From IMG/VR virus record IMGVR_UViG_3300022602_000035: a DNA stretch of 64,000 nucleotides; one strand, 5' to 3'. The stretch's first letter is position 1; the number at the start of each line of letters is the position of its first letter. Of the stretch, positions 36,236 to 46,479 are shown piece by piece. The DNA is from an uncultured virus (IMG/VR IMGVR_UViG_3300022602_000035). Taxonomy: Duplodnaviria > Heunggongvirae > Uroviricota > Caudoviricetes. The position numbers and the translations under genes are program-made. Under the pieces are notes generated by a model. The model was not told the origin of the DNA. It saw nothing but the letters and a program-made list of their open reading frames with translations, and did not search any database.

Positions 36236-38017
36236 TGAGTAGTGCATACTTTCACAAAATACTACGTGAACTACATCGGCAGACTAAAGCAGAGTTAGCA
36301 TCTAGTGGTATTGCTCTTCCGAAGAAAGGTAGAGCAGAGTTAGAACGTATTAACCGTGAACTTAAGAAAGAGGTGTTAAGGTGAACAAAATTAAATGGGA
36401 TTTAGTACTAGGGGGTTTAGTATTTTTGGTAATGCTCAATGTAACATTTGCCGCAGTATCGATTGCCTGTGCTATTGCTGCAATAGCACAGGCAATTTGC
36501 CTGTGCTATTGCTGTTAAAATTTTTAATACGTTTTCCTAAGGAGTAGGCAAATGAACAAAATTAAAAACTATTTCAAGTATGTAAACCAATGGAATGTAA
36601 TCTTTTACTTACTGGTATTTTCTCAAATAGCTCTTGGTTGGGAACATGGGAAGTATGATTGGAGTAATCTATGGGGCGTTGGTTTAATCTGGACCTTGTA
36701 CCTATTAGGTTACAATGCATTAGATCGTGAGTTAGAAATTAGCTTAGACAAAGCCAAAGAAGCGATTGCTCGAGATGCGACATCGCAAGATTAACACACC
36801 GACTGTGTACACTTTACCTTCGGCGGGCGAAGCACAGGGTTTTGCTAAAGGTGTGAAAGTTGGGTCAAAAAGTAAGGATAAAACTATAGTTGTTTATCCT
36901 TGGGGTCGAGGGGAAGTTGAGGTAATAGTATATGCGACATCGCAAGCGTAGAGTACTAGAAGGTCGCTGGTTTAATTTAAACAGCGTAACCAGCCCTACA
37001 ACAGGTCGTAAGCACTATGAAATTAGTATTAATGCTCATAGACTAAGTGGCATGACTAACTATACTTTAGAAGACATGCGCAAGCACTTTGACCCAGCAG
37101 GCAATCGGGGCTTGCGCTATGGTACCAAATGGAAGTACACAAATCGCGAAACAGCAGAGACATTGCTGACTATGGCAATCTTAAAGTTTGGAGCATAGCA
37201 TGGGTGCGTACTATCAAAAATATCGCAGGTTGTTTTTGTTTTTTACTATTGCTAATATCCTAATAGTTGTGCTACAATTAGCATTTGCCTGGGGACATTG
37301 GTCCAAACACGAATGGTGGGGACTAGGCATAAGTTTATTCTTTGGGTCAATTAACGCTGTGTGTGCAGTACAACAGTATCGTTGTTGGCGTAGAGTTGTA
37401 CAGGAAGAAAAAGATTTTATGTGGACTACCTTAAGTACCGAAGGCATACAATGAAATTACTATTAGCAATGATTTATAATTTAATTCTACTAGGTGGTAC
37501 CGCTTATCTAGTAGGATGGCAAGGGTGGTGCCCACTGTGGTTTCTATTCACAGTGTTTCTTTTGGCCTCAGGAAAGGACTAACATGACCAATACTATCTA
37601 CATTAAAAGATTGACATTTGCTGTAATTGCTCTTATACTTGTAGTATTCGTAGCCGCACCGTGGCTTAGAGAAATGTTAGGTATGTTTGCTATTGGTTGG
37701 GTGATACCTAGCCTAGCAGAGTATCTATTTCCAAACAAGGAATAATAATGGATAATATTGAATTTCGTTGGGTATGGCGAACCGGCACTAAGACCCTACA
37801 GTATCGAACTCTGACTAAAAAAGTTTGGTCAGATTGGCAAACTGTTCCGTTAATAGATGGAGAGTAACATGGAAATGAAATGGCTGGGTATTATGTCAAT
37901 GGTAATGATATTGGGAATGTTTGCGAGCATAGCCTTAGAAAACCACTACAAGGCTGAATGCCGCATCGTTGCTCTACAAGCAGGTAAAAATTCTACTGAC
38001 ATTGCCGCAATCTGTAA
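36235..38017 (+). other. Cluster of about ten short, tightly coupled ORFs, many hydrophobic (e.g. 36552-36794, 36775-36951, 36932-37198, 37200-37454)
   Basis: Consecutive overlapping start/stop codons, SD sites and transmembrane-like segments. Confidence 0.6.
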
Positions 38018-38027
38018 ATAACTGTAT

Positions 38028-39647
38028 ATGAAATCAGATATCAAAATAAATCAGTCGGCAGAAGTATTACCTATCAGTGTAGTTGCTGGTAGTATCAACT
38101 TATTCGATGATCAAATTGACCTATACGGTCGAAACAAAGCTAAAATTAATATTGACCAACTTACTAACCGCACAAAACGTGATAGTAAGTTGATCTTAGT
38201 AACAGCCATAACCCCAACGCCCTCAGGTGAAGGTAAGACCACAACAACCATTGGACTTGCAGACGGACTACGTAAACTAGACTACAATGCCATTGTATGC
38301 CTACGTGAACCCGCATTAGGTCCTGTATTTGGTATGAAAGGTGGCGCCACTGGAGGCGGGTATGCTCAGGTATATCCCATGGAAGATATTAACCTACACT
38401 TTACAGGTGATTTCCATGCTATAGCTTCGGCACACAACTTGTTAGCCAGCTTAATCGACAACCATTTACACTGGGGTAATAAGCTCAATTTGGACACTAA
38501 CAACATCACATGGCGTAGAGTTAGTGACATGAACGATCGTGCGTTACGCGACGTTTGTGTAGGTCTAGGAGCCCATAACAGCGTTACACGTCAGACAGGA
38601 TTTGACATTGTAGTGGCATCAGAAGTAATGGCTATTCTATGTCTGGCAGATGATTTTAAAGATTTGAAAAAACGCCTGGGTAAGATCACAGTTGGGTATA
38701 CCCTAGATGGAAAGCCAGTTACAGCTAAAGATCTAAAAGCCAATGGTAGTATGGCCGCACTACTTAAAGACGCAGTTAAACCTAACCTGGTACAGACTCT
38801 AGAAGGTACTCCTGCGCTGATACATGGTGGCCCATTTGCCAACATAGCACATGGCTGTAACAGTGTTATTGCTACCAAGTTGGGTATGAAACTTGCTGAC
38901 TATGTGGTAACAGAAGCAGGCTTTGGTGCTGACCTAGGTGCTGAGAAGTTTATCAACATCAAATGTCGTAAGAGTGGCCTACGTCCTGATGTGGTTGTAT
39001 TAGTGGCCACAGTCAGAGCCATCAAATATTGGGGCAACTACGATAACTTGGACAAGCATATTGCCAACATCACCACATGGTATAACTTGCCCTGTGTTGT
39101 GGCCATTAACAAGTTTGACGGGGATACAGAACAAGAGATTAAAGATTTACAACAGCACGTCTGGGACACATTTAAAATTGAAGCAGTGGTAAATCACTCT
39201 TGGGCAGATGGCGGCATTGGCGCACAAGAACTCGCACACGAAGTGGTCATGGCCATCGACGAAAGCACCAAGACTATGGAACTTACCTATGCCGATGATG
39301 AAACATTGTTCTGGAAACTTAATGCTGTGGCCACACGCATTTACAATGCCTATGAAATACAAATGGATGCTAAGATAGCACGTCGTTTAGAAGAACTACA
39401 GAAAGATTACGGGCATTATCCAATTTGTATTGCCAAGACACAGAGTAGTTTCAGTGATGATCCTACAAATAAATTGGCCGCAACTGAACGGCATGTTTTA
39501 ACAGTGCGTGAATTACGCCTATGTAGTGGTGCTGAGTTTATTGTGGCAGTATGCGGCAACATCATGACCATGCCAGGCTTACCAGAACGACCAAACGCAG
39601 AACGTATTGGCATTGATAAGCAAGGGCGTATAGAGGGATTAGATTAA
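38028..39647 (+). CDS. fhs: Formate--tetrahydrofolate ligase
   Basis: TPSGEGKTTT, GMKGGATGGGY, HGGPFANIAHG, TEAGFGADLGAEKF, IMTMPGLP. Confidence 0.97.
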   Translation: MKSDIKINQSAEVLPISVVAGSINLFDDQIDLYGRNKAKINIDQLTNRTKRDSKLILVTAITPTPSGEGKTTTTIGLADGLRKLDYNAIVCLREPALGPVFGMKGGATGGGYAQVYPMEDINLHFTGDFHAIASAHNLLASLIDNHLHWGNKLNLDTNNITWRRVSDMNDRALRDVCVGLGAHNSVTRQTGFDIVVASEVMAILCLADDFKDLKKRLGKITVGYTLDGKPVTAKDLKANGSMAALLKDAVKPNLVQTLEGTPALIHGGPFANIAHGCNSVIATKLGMKLADYVVTEAGFGADLGAEKFINIKCRKSGLRPDVVVLVATVRAIKYWGNYDNLDKHIANITTWYNLPCVVAINKFDGDTEQEIKDLQQHVWDTFKIEAVVNHSWADGGIGAQELAHEVVMAIDESTKTMELTYADDETLFWKLNAVATRIYNAYEIQMDAKIARRLEELQKDYGHYPICIAKTQSSFSDDPTNKLAATERHVLTVRELRLCSGAEFIVAVCGNIMTMPGLPERPNAERIGIDKQGRIEGLD

Positions 39648-39761
39648 TGAATAGATACACTTATAATCTAGTAATCATAGCAATTGCTGTATATGTAGTC
39701 GGAGTCCTTCATTGGAGTCTATGGTGGTTATTGGTATTATCATTGGCAATGGTGGGATAAT

Positions 39762-39986
39762 ATGAGCGAAACACTAATTGTAATGGCCGCAGTTATAGTA
39801 GTCGGATTGTTACCAATAATTATTATTGCTGCTTTAGCTATACGTGCTATCAACAGGTCTTTGACCACAATTGAATCTGCTGTTTCTGAACGCAGTAGTA
39901 AGTTCGACGAAAGTATCGAGAATATCAACACCATATTAGATCAAAAAGATCAAAAGACTCAAGATGCAATTGATGGTCTTAAATAG
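39762..39986 (+). CDS. Small membrane-anchored coiled-coil protein
   Basis: N-terminal hydrophobic helix. Confidence 0.6.
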   Translation: MSETLIVMAAVIVVGLLPIIIIAALAIRAINRSLTTIESAVSERSSKFDESIENINTILDQKDQKTQDAIDGLK

Positions 39987-40030
39987 TTTTCTATCACACT
40001 GCTCAGTCTAGCTCCTAGTGTGATAGCCTC

Positions 40031-40063
40031 AAGCCCAATGTTTAATTGCATTGGGCTTTTTTT
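40031..40063 (+). terminator. Intrinsic terminator
   Basis: AGCCCAATG...CATTGGGCT plus T-tract. Confidence 0.85.
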
Positions 40064-40100
40064 ATTTGACAAACATATTTTAATCTTGTAAAATATTACT

Positions 40101-41216
40101 ATGACACAATATCCTTATGTAGAAGATTATTTAGAATTGCTTGGAGGTTATGCCCCTAACAATCCTGCCACTTGGATTATGCCAACATCTAAACCTGTTA
40201 GTCTTGCTCGCTATGATATTGCTATTGTAGACAGCATGAGCTCGCATACAGTATTTGGTGGCGCACTAACTGATCGCCAAGCGGATCTATGTGTTAGATT
40301 GGTGCTTAAATATCGTAGACAATTTGCTAAACTTAATGTAGATGTAACCCCTGTGGAGAATCCGCAGTTCCGTTTACCGGTACGTAAATTAGATCGCAGC
40401 CGACGTATATGGTTAGATGATCAACGGATTGGTATACGATTTCCCTATGACCGTAGTCTAATTGACAGTCTTCAAGACTATAAGAAAGCAAGTCAAGGTA
40501 GTACCAATTGGGATAATGAAGAAAAGATCTGGTGGTTTGGCTTAACTGAAGCAAACGTCAATTGGGCAGTCACCTGGGGAGAAACTTATAATTTCGAAAT
40601 TGATCCATTGGTTAAAAACCTAATGAACAGTATACTCGAATGTGAACAAACTCCTTATGAGATCAAACTCGTAAGAAACTCAGACAGCTTCACTATCACC
40701 AATGCCGCTGAAAGTTTAATTAACTATGTAAATGACCATTTAGGTGGGTTCGGTTTGAAAAATGCAGTTAAACTAATCGACAATTCGGGTGTCTTAGGAT
40801 ATACATACGATGAGAATTTAGTTCGTCCTGCACTATTAGATTTGTTTAAAGACCAACGCAATGCACATGTGCCACCCAGTAATAGTAATATAGATCTAAT
40901 ATTTCAATATGCAGAGTTAACTGGTCGTTATCCTGTATGTATCTATGATCCAAGCATGCGCGGGGTAGATCTATCAAAATTCAGTGATAGGGATATTGTA
41001 CGCTTTGGTCCAAATGGTAAAACTAACAGTAGCGATTATAACATCTATGATGTTAAAGTAGTATATGCTAACAAGATTCCTTCAACATGGAATCATCCTG
41101 TTCCATTGTTGGTAACCACACAGGAATTACTATATGGTGGTAAACGTATGGAATGGCTTAACACTGCGGAAAAAGTAATTTACTACTGTAATACCTTATT
41201 AAGGGAAAATGATTAA
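40101..41216 (+). CDS. Hypothetical protein upstream of helicase
   Basis: 371-aa ORF, TAATG-coupled to helicase. Confidence 0.75.
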   Translation: MTQYPYVEDYLELLGGYAPNNPATWIMPTSKPVSLARYDIAIVDSMSSHTVFGGALTDRQADLCVRLVLKYRRQFAKLNVDVTPVENPQFRLPVRKLDRSRRIWLDDQRIGIRFPYDRSLIDSLQDYKKASQGSTNWDNEEKIWWFGLTEANVNWAVTWGETYNFEIDPLVKNLMNSILECEQTPYEIKLVRNSDSFTITNAAESLINYVNDHLGGFGLKNAVKLIDNSGVLGYTYDENLVRPALLDLFKDQRNAHVPPSNSNIDLIFQYAELTGRYPVCIYDPSMRGVDLSKFSDRDIVRFGPNGKTNSSDYNIYDVKVVYANKIPSTWNHPVPLLVTTQELLYGGKRMEWLNTAEKVIYYCNTLLREND

Positions 41217-42673
41217 TGGCATCAGCCAAACTAATAATTAAAGATGAAGTCAATGTTAAGATTGAAGGACTTGAATTAACTGAACGTAAACATCTTAGTA
41301 ACAAATTCAAATATGAAATTCCTGGCGCACGTTATTTGCCAGCAGTTAAACTAGGCCGTTGGGATGGTAAGGTAGCATACTTTCAACTTGGTGGCAGTAC
41401 CTATACAAATTTACTTCCTGAAATACTTCCTTATCTAGATGAACGTGGCTATGATATCGAATTAGATGATCAGCGTGACTATCGGACACAGTTTGATTTT
41501 GCTGAAGTAACAGAACAGACATTTGCACATAAAGTTTGGCCACCTAAACATCCTGTAGCAGGGCAACCTGTTGTTCTACGTGACTATCAAATTGAAATTA
41601 TCAATAAATTCTTAAGTAACCCACAATGCCTACAGGAAATTGCCACAGGCGCAGGTAAGACTTTAATCACAGCGGCACTTAGTTATAGCTGTGAGCAGTA
41701 TGGCCGCACTATTGTTATTGTGCCGAACAAAAGTCTAGTAACACAAACAGAAGCAGACTATGTCAACCTAGGCCTGGATGTTGGAGTCTATTTTGGAGAT
41801 CGCAAAGAGTTTGGTCGTACACATACTATCTGTACTTGGCAAAGTCTTAACATCTTACTTAAAGGCACTAAAGCACATGAAGTAGACATTACTATACATG
41901 AATTTTTAGAAGACGTTGTATGTGTTATGGTTGACGAAGTACACATGGCCAAAGCAGATGCACTTAAAACATTACTTACTGGTGTTATGGGTCAGATACC
42001 GATTCGCTGGGGCTTAACTGGCACAATCCCTAAAGAAATGTATGAGTTTATGGCTCTAAAATGCTCAATTGGAGACGTTATCGGTCGGTTGAGTGCCAGT
42101 GAATTACAAGACCAGGGCGTACTAAGCAACTGTCACGTTAACATTCTACAGTTGGTAGATCATGTTGAATACAAAGACTATCAAAGTGAGTTGCGCTATC
42201 TATTAGAGACTGAGGAACGGCTAGATTATATAAGTAAACTAATAGAGACTATTAGAAAAGACGGTAATACTCTTATTCTAGTAGATCGAATAGCCCCAGG
42301 AAAAGCCCTTGTTGAAAAGATTAAAGACGCTGTATTTGTCAGCGGTGGAACTAAAGCAACTACTCGTAAAGAAAGTTATGATGAATTTGCCACAAGTGAT
42401 AACTTCGTTGCTGTTGCCACTTATGGTGTTGCGGCTGTTGGTCTTAACATTCCTCGTATTTTTAATCTTGTGCTTATCGAACCTGGTAAATCTTTTGTCA
42501 GGGTCATCCAAAGTATCGGGCGTGGCATTCGTAAAGCGGAAGACAAAGACTTCGTCCAAATCTGGGACGTAACATCAACCTGTAAGTTTGCCAAAAGGCA
42601 TCTTACAACTCGTAAGAAATTTTATACTGAAGCAAACTATCCTTATGCGGTAGAAAAAACGGAGTGGAAGTAA
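41216..42673 (+). CDS. SF2 DEAD/DEAH helicase (UvsW-like)
   Basis: LRDYQ, ATGAGKT, DEVH, GLTGT, QSIGRGIR. Confidence 0.9.
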   Translation: MASAKLIIKDEVNVKIEGLELTERKHLSNKFKYEIPGARYLPAVKLGRWDGKVAYFQLGGSTYTNLLPEILPYLDERGYDIELDDQRDYRTQFDFAEVTEQTFAHKVWPPKHPVAGQPVVLRDYQIEIINKFLSNPQCLQEIATGAGKTLITAALSYSCEQYGRTIVIVPNKSLVTQTEADYVNLGLDVGVYFGDRKEFGRTHTICTWQSLNILLKGTKAHEVDITIHEFLEDVVCVMVDEVHMAKADALKTLLTGVMGQIPIRWGLTGTIPKEMYEFMALKCSIGDVIGRLSASELQDQGVLSNCHVNILQLVDHVEYKDYQSELRYLLETEERLDYISKLIETIRKDGNTLILVDRIAPGKALVEKIKDAVFVSGGTKATTRKESYDEFATSDNFVAVATYGVAAVGLNIPRIFNLVLIEPGKSFVRVIQSIGRGIRKAEDKDFVQIWDVTSTCKFAKRHLTTRKKFYTEANYPYAVEKTEWK

Positions 42674-42676
42674 TAC

Positions 42677-43177
42677 ATGCACATCTTAACCTTAGAAAAT
42701 CAAGCCTATGAAATGAACGAAATCCCCGATGAAGTCGAGGACCTGCGTTTTGCTATCTTAGATAACAGTGACCCAAAGAATCCAGATTACTTCTTTATTC
42801 CTTTGATCTTTTTAGAATCGTTTAACAGTCCGGCATTGGTCTTGAGCATCGGCGGTAACATTGTTAAAATGCCCGTGGACTGGCAGGTACTTATTGGCGA
42901 ATCGGATATTGGCGACCTAGAAGTTATACCATTAACGTCTATCAATGATCGTGGCTTTAGTGCATTTACGTTTAATCCCTTAGGCAGTTACAAACCAGAG
43001 TTTCATCCTATTGAAGTAGTAGACATTTACCAAGATGTCAAGTGGTACTTTCCTAAACTACGTCCGGGTCAGATGTTGGCAGTGCCTATCACAGGCGGTG
43101 ACAAACCCTTGTGTGCTTACTTTGTCAAAGATATCAGTCGCCAAAGCGAAATAGTAGATTATTCGAAGATTTGGTAA
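42677..43177 (+). CDS. Hypothetical protein in replication module
   Basis: 166-aa ORF. Confidence 0.7.
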   Translation: MHILTLENQAYEMNEIPDEVEDLRFAILDNSDPKNPDYFFIPLIFLESFNSPALVLSIGGNIVKMPVDWQVLIGESDIGDLEVIPLTSINDRGFSAFTFNPLGSYKPEFHPIEVVDIYQDVKWYFPKLRPGQMLAVPITGGDKPLCAYFVKDISRQSEIVDYSKIW

Positions 43178-43178
43178 T

Positions 43179-43427
43179 ATGGGCACACTTACACCTGGAG
43201 CAACCTACATATACGAGCGAGTTGACGATGTAACCTATGCCCGTGAATTTGGATCAAATGATAGATTCGAAATTGGCCGCGCATATAACGCAAATAACAG
43301 TTGGGAAGAAGAATTGTTGTGGAGAGAAATACGTCAAACAGCCAAGACCAATACTACTTTACAAGAAGCACTAGATCATGTTATAATGATATATAAGTTA
43401 AGCAAGGAATATAACAATGGCATTTGA
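43179..43427 (+). CDS. Hypothetical protein
   Basis: Packed ORF. Confidence 0.65.
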   Translation: MGTLTPGATYIYERVDDVTYAREFGSNDRFEIGRAYNANNSWEEELLWREIRQTAKTNTTLQEALDHVIMIYKLSKEYNNGI

Positions 43428-43656
43428 TCCTAGACAATTTAAACAAAAGAAAAAACGTGCAGTAGATCCAAATGCACCTCCTAGACCTAACCTAATGTCA
43501 CATGATAAGGTTATCCGCGAACAAAAGGATGTGATCATGGCTCTTGAAGAGAAGGTAAGATTTCTATCAGAGGAAGTTTCTCTAATGAAAAGTAAATATC
43601 GCGACATGCAACAGAGTGTAGAACAAATTATAAATGTATTACGCAGAGGCAAATAA
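43417..43656 (+). CDS. Small coiled-coil protein
   Basis: AAGGA SD; heptad pattern. Confidence 0.65.
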   Translation: MAFDPRQFKQKKKRAVDPNAPPRPNLMSHDKVIREQKDVIMALEEKVRFLSEEVSLMKSKYRDMQQSVEQIINVLRRGK

Positions 43657-44129
43657 TGGCTGTTAATAACGATCCACTTTATATTGGTAATGAAATGGCG
43701 GCATTTGATCGCAAGGATCGTGCGTACTATGATAAGTTTACTGATGAAGAACGTAAGAAATTCAGCACATACCTAATGCTACGCTATGGTGCCACTGTAG
43801 CAGGCAGTGCAGATCTACAGGCCTACTATCTAATGGCCACTAATGAACGTGTAAACAAAAACTTCTTTGACTTGGGCAAGCATCCTAAGCTACAATGGTT
43901 ATTGTGTACTACTGTCAGTCCTAACATGGGCAAGCAACATCACAGTTGGATGGCCAGTAAGAAGAAAGAAGGTAATAGTAAAGTACAAAAGTTTCTACAA
44001 GAACTTTATCCTAATTATAAACAAGACGAAATTGAACTGTTAGCAAAGATAAATGATCAACGAGATATTGAAGACATGGCAAGAAAACACGGCGATGACG
44101 ACAAGTCAATTAAAGCCCGTTTCAAATAG
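43656..44129 (+). CDS. Possible clamp-loader small subunit (T4 gp62-like)
   Basis: Size and KKFSTYLMLRY...N...HPKLQW...W pattern resemble gp62 family; unverified. Confidence 0.45.
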   Translation: MAVNNDPLYIGNEMAAFDRKDRAYYDKFTDEERKKFSTYLMLRYGATVAGSADLQAYYLMATNERVNKNFFDLGKHPKLQWLLCTTVSPNMGKQHHSWMASKKKEGNSKVQKFLQELYPNYKQDEIELLAKINDQRDIEDMARKHGDDDKSIKARFK

Positions 44130-44811
44130 TTTTAAGTGTAAGTATTGCTCAAAAGAATTCCGCAAAGAATCGACTCTTGCGGCACATCTTTGTGAAAGCA
44201 AGCGACGTTGGCAACAGGAAAAAGAAACAGGTGTACAATTTGGACTTCAAGCATACCTACGTTTTTTTGAGTTAACACAGGGCTCAGCCAAAACTAAATC
44301 ATATGCGGACTTTGTTACAAGTCCATACTATCTTGCATTTGTGGCATTTGGTCGCCATATGGTTGAGATACGAGCAGTTAATCCTCGTGCGTTTATTGAT
44401 TGGGTAATTAAAGAAAATAAAAAACTTGATCATTGGACACATGAATCGATATATGTAGAATACCTAAAACAGTATATGCGTAAAGAAGCTACGCAAGATG
44501 CACTTGAACGTGCTTTATTGGAGATGCAACGACATGTGGATGATAACTTGGGAAAATTTCCTAACGGGTTTAGTGACTATTTTAGATTGGCTGGTCCAAA
44601 TCGTATTTGTCATCATATCAGTAATGGGCGTATTAGCCCTTGGATTGTGTTTAATTGTCAATCTGGTGTGGAATTTCTTGAGTCCCTTACCGAAGAACAA
44701 ATAGTAATGATATTACCTTGGATTGATCCGGACTTTTGGCAACGCAAATTTGCAGACTATGTAGCAGATACAGAATGGATTAAAGTAATACTCAAGGGAG
44801 CCGGCTTATAA
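44095..44811 (+). CDS. Zn-finger-containing hypothetical protein
   Basis: FKCKYCSKEFRKESTLAAHLC. Confidence 0.7.
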   Translation: MTTSQLKPVSNSFKCKYCSKEFRKESTLAAHLCESKRRWQQEKETGVQFGLQAYLRFFELTQGSAKTKSYADFVTSPYYLAFVAFGRHMVEIRAVNPRAFIDWVIKENKKLDHWTHESIYVEYLKQYMRKEATQDALERALLEMQRHVDDNLGKFPNGFSDYFRLAGPNRICHHISNGRISPWIVFNCQSGVEFLESLTEEQIVMILPWIDPDFWQRKFADYVADTEWIKVILKGAGL

Positions 44812-45005
44812 TGGAAGAATTAGTAGAACAACTACGTGGTGATGTATTGATGCTACGCAATGATGTGGCCATGTTGGCATATGACGTAACACAACTACGT
44901 AAACAATTAGATGATATACAGGGCATGCTACACCAATCTTATAATTCAGTAGGTATAGCACCAAACACTCCACCACCAGATTGGTTACCACCAGATGAAA
45001 TTTAA
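44811..45005 (+). CDS. Small coiled-coil protein
   Basis: Coupled ORF. Confidence 0.55.
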   Translation: MEELVEQLRGDVLMLRNDVAMLAYDVTQLRKQLDDIQGMLHQSYNSVGIAPNTPPPDWLPPDEI

Positions 45006-45579
45006 ATCAGACATTGACATTGACTTTGCAGATCGTGATGAAGTAATTGGTTTACTTGATGTCACGCCTGCCAGTATTTTACGTGACGGCCAATTGGTCA
45101 AACATAACACCGGCGTCTATGCTACAGAAATACCTGTGGATCCATTTACAGGGCAAGCGAGCCTAGATTATAATATTGCAGAGGATCGTGGCTATGTTAA
45201 ACTAGACTTCTTAAATGTTAATTTGTATAAACAGGTCCGAGATGAAGAACATCTATTAGAACTGATGCGTGAACCGGATTGGGCAAAGCTGTATGATCCA
45301 GAAATCTGCGCAAAATTAATGCACGTCAATGGGCATTATGATTTGTTACTACAGATGCCCGAACCTGTGGATACTATACCTAGACTGGCTATGTTCTTGG
45401 CTATTATTCGTCCTGCTAAAAGACACTTAGCTGGCAAGACTTGGAAGGAAGTAAGTGCTACTGTGTGGGATAGACCTGCAGATGATACCTATTACTTTAA
45501 GAAAGCACATGCTATCAGTTATGCACAGCTTGTAGTAGTTAATATGAATCTATTGGATCTTGCGAATAAGGGTAATTGA
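44995..45579 (+). CDS. Miniature DNA polymerase III alpha (DnaE)-like protein
   Basis: DIDIDF, KHNTGVY, KLDFLN, FKKAHAISYA match DnaE motifs in order. Confidence 0.75.
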   Translation: MKFKSDIDIDFADRDEVIGLLDVTPASILRDGQLVKHNTGVYATEIPVDPFTGQASLDYNIAEDRGYVKLDFLNVNLYKQVRDEEHLLELMREPDWAKLYDPEICAKLMHVNGHYDLLLQMPEPVDTIPRLAMFLAIIRPAKRHLAGKTWKEVSATVWDRPADDTYYFKKAHAISYAQLVVVNMNLLDLANKGN

Positions 45580-45924
45580 TCTGCGTTTACTGCGTTTTTG
45601 GGCTATTTCTCTTAGACTAACATAAGGCCCGTGTTGTATAATTACATCTTTGCTGTTGAATGTCTTCAGGCAAGGTCTAAAACCAATCCAATCCTGTTTT
45701 AAAAACACATTAATAGGAACCAACCTATTACTTTCCCACCACCATTGGTCTGCTAATTCTAAATAGCGTGTTTTCTGATCCAATGATTTTAACATAGCAA
45801 AATCGTATATAGTAGTTATAAACTCGTCTGAGTTTTGTATAATACCGATATAGTCATTTCCGCCGTAGGTAAGGTAGCTAATAAACGGATATTGGTCTAA
45901 TAAATTCTTGTAACTATCTTCCAT
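45550..45924 (-). CDS. Hypothetical protein
   Basis: 124-aa ORF, WWWESNR. Confidence 0.7.
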   Translation of the reverse strand: MEDSYKNLLDQYPFISYLTYGGNDYIGIIQNSDEFITTIYDFAMLKSLDQKTRYLELADQWWWESNRLVPINVFLKQDWIGFRPCLKTFNSKDVIIQHGPYVSLREIAQKRSKRRSITLIRKIQ

Positions 45925-45963
45925 TAAGTCCTGCTAAATATGTAATAAGGATCGAGACATAAA

Positions 45964-46479
45964 GTGCCTACAATCACAAGTTATTTAGCTATTCAAAAAT
46001 TACCAATTGAAGTTTTGGACTTCTCGAATCCTTTTCTCAAAACAAGGAACAGACCCGTGTATGCACGCCCTATAAAAGTCTATCAAGGTATAGATAATCC
46101 AATACAAATTGTAGTTAAAAATCAGGATCAAAAGCCTGTAGATTTAACAGGGTACAGTGTACAAGTTGATATTCAAGATCCTGTTAACCAAGTAACGGCA
46201 TATAGTTTTGCCGCTAACAGCACAGCACAATACAGCAACTTGACCATAGGTACTACTACTATCTTGTTTACTGCAGCCATAGTCAACAGTTTAGATCAAC
46301 GTTACTATAAACTAACTACACGTATTATAAACGAATCCGACAGTACACAAGCACCGATGTATACAGATGATAATTTTGGCGCACTTCTTGATTTAGAAGT
46401 ATTGCCAGCATACTACTCAACTGCTAATCCTGTTTACAATGTTACTGAAACAGTTATTGACCCAGGACTACTACCGTAA
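45964..46479 (+). CDS. Probable virion / baseplate-associated protein
   Basis: VYQGIDNPI...DQKPVDLTG Ig-like pattern; precedes tail fibre. Confidence 0.55.
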   Translation: MPTITSYLAIQKLPIEVLDFSNPFLKTRNRPVYARPIKVYQGIDNPIQIVVKNQDQKPVDLTGYSVQVDIQDPVNQVTAYSFAANSTAQYSNLTIGTTTILFTAAIVNSLDQRYYKLTTRIINESDSTQAPMYTDDNFGALLDLEVLPAYYSTANPVYNVTETVIDPGLLP

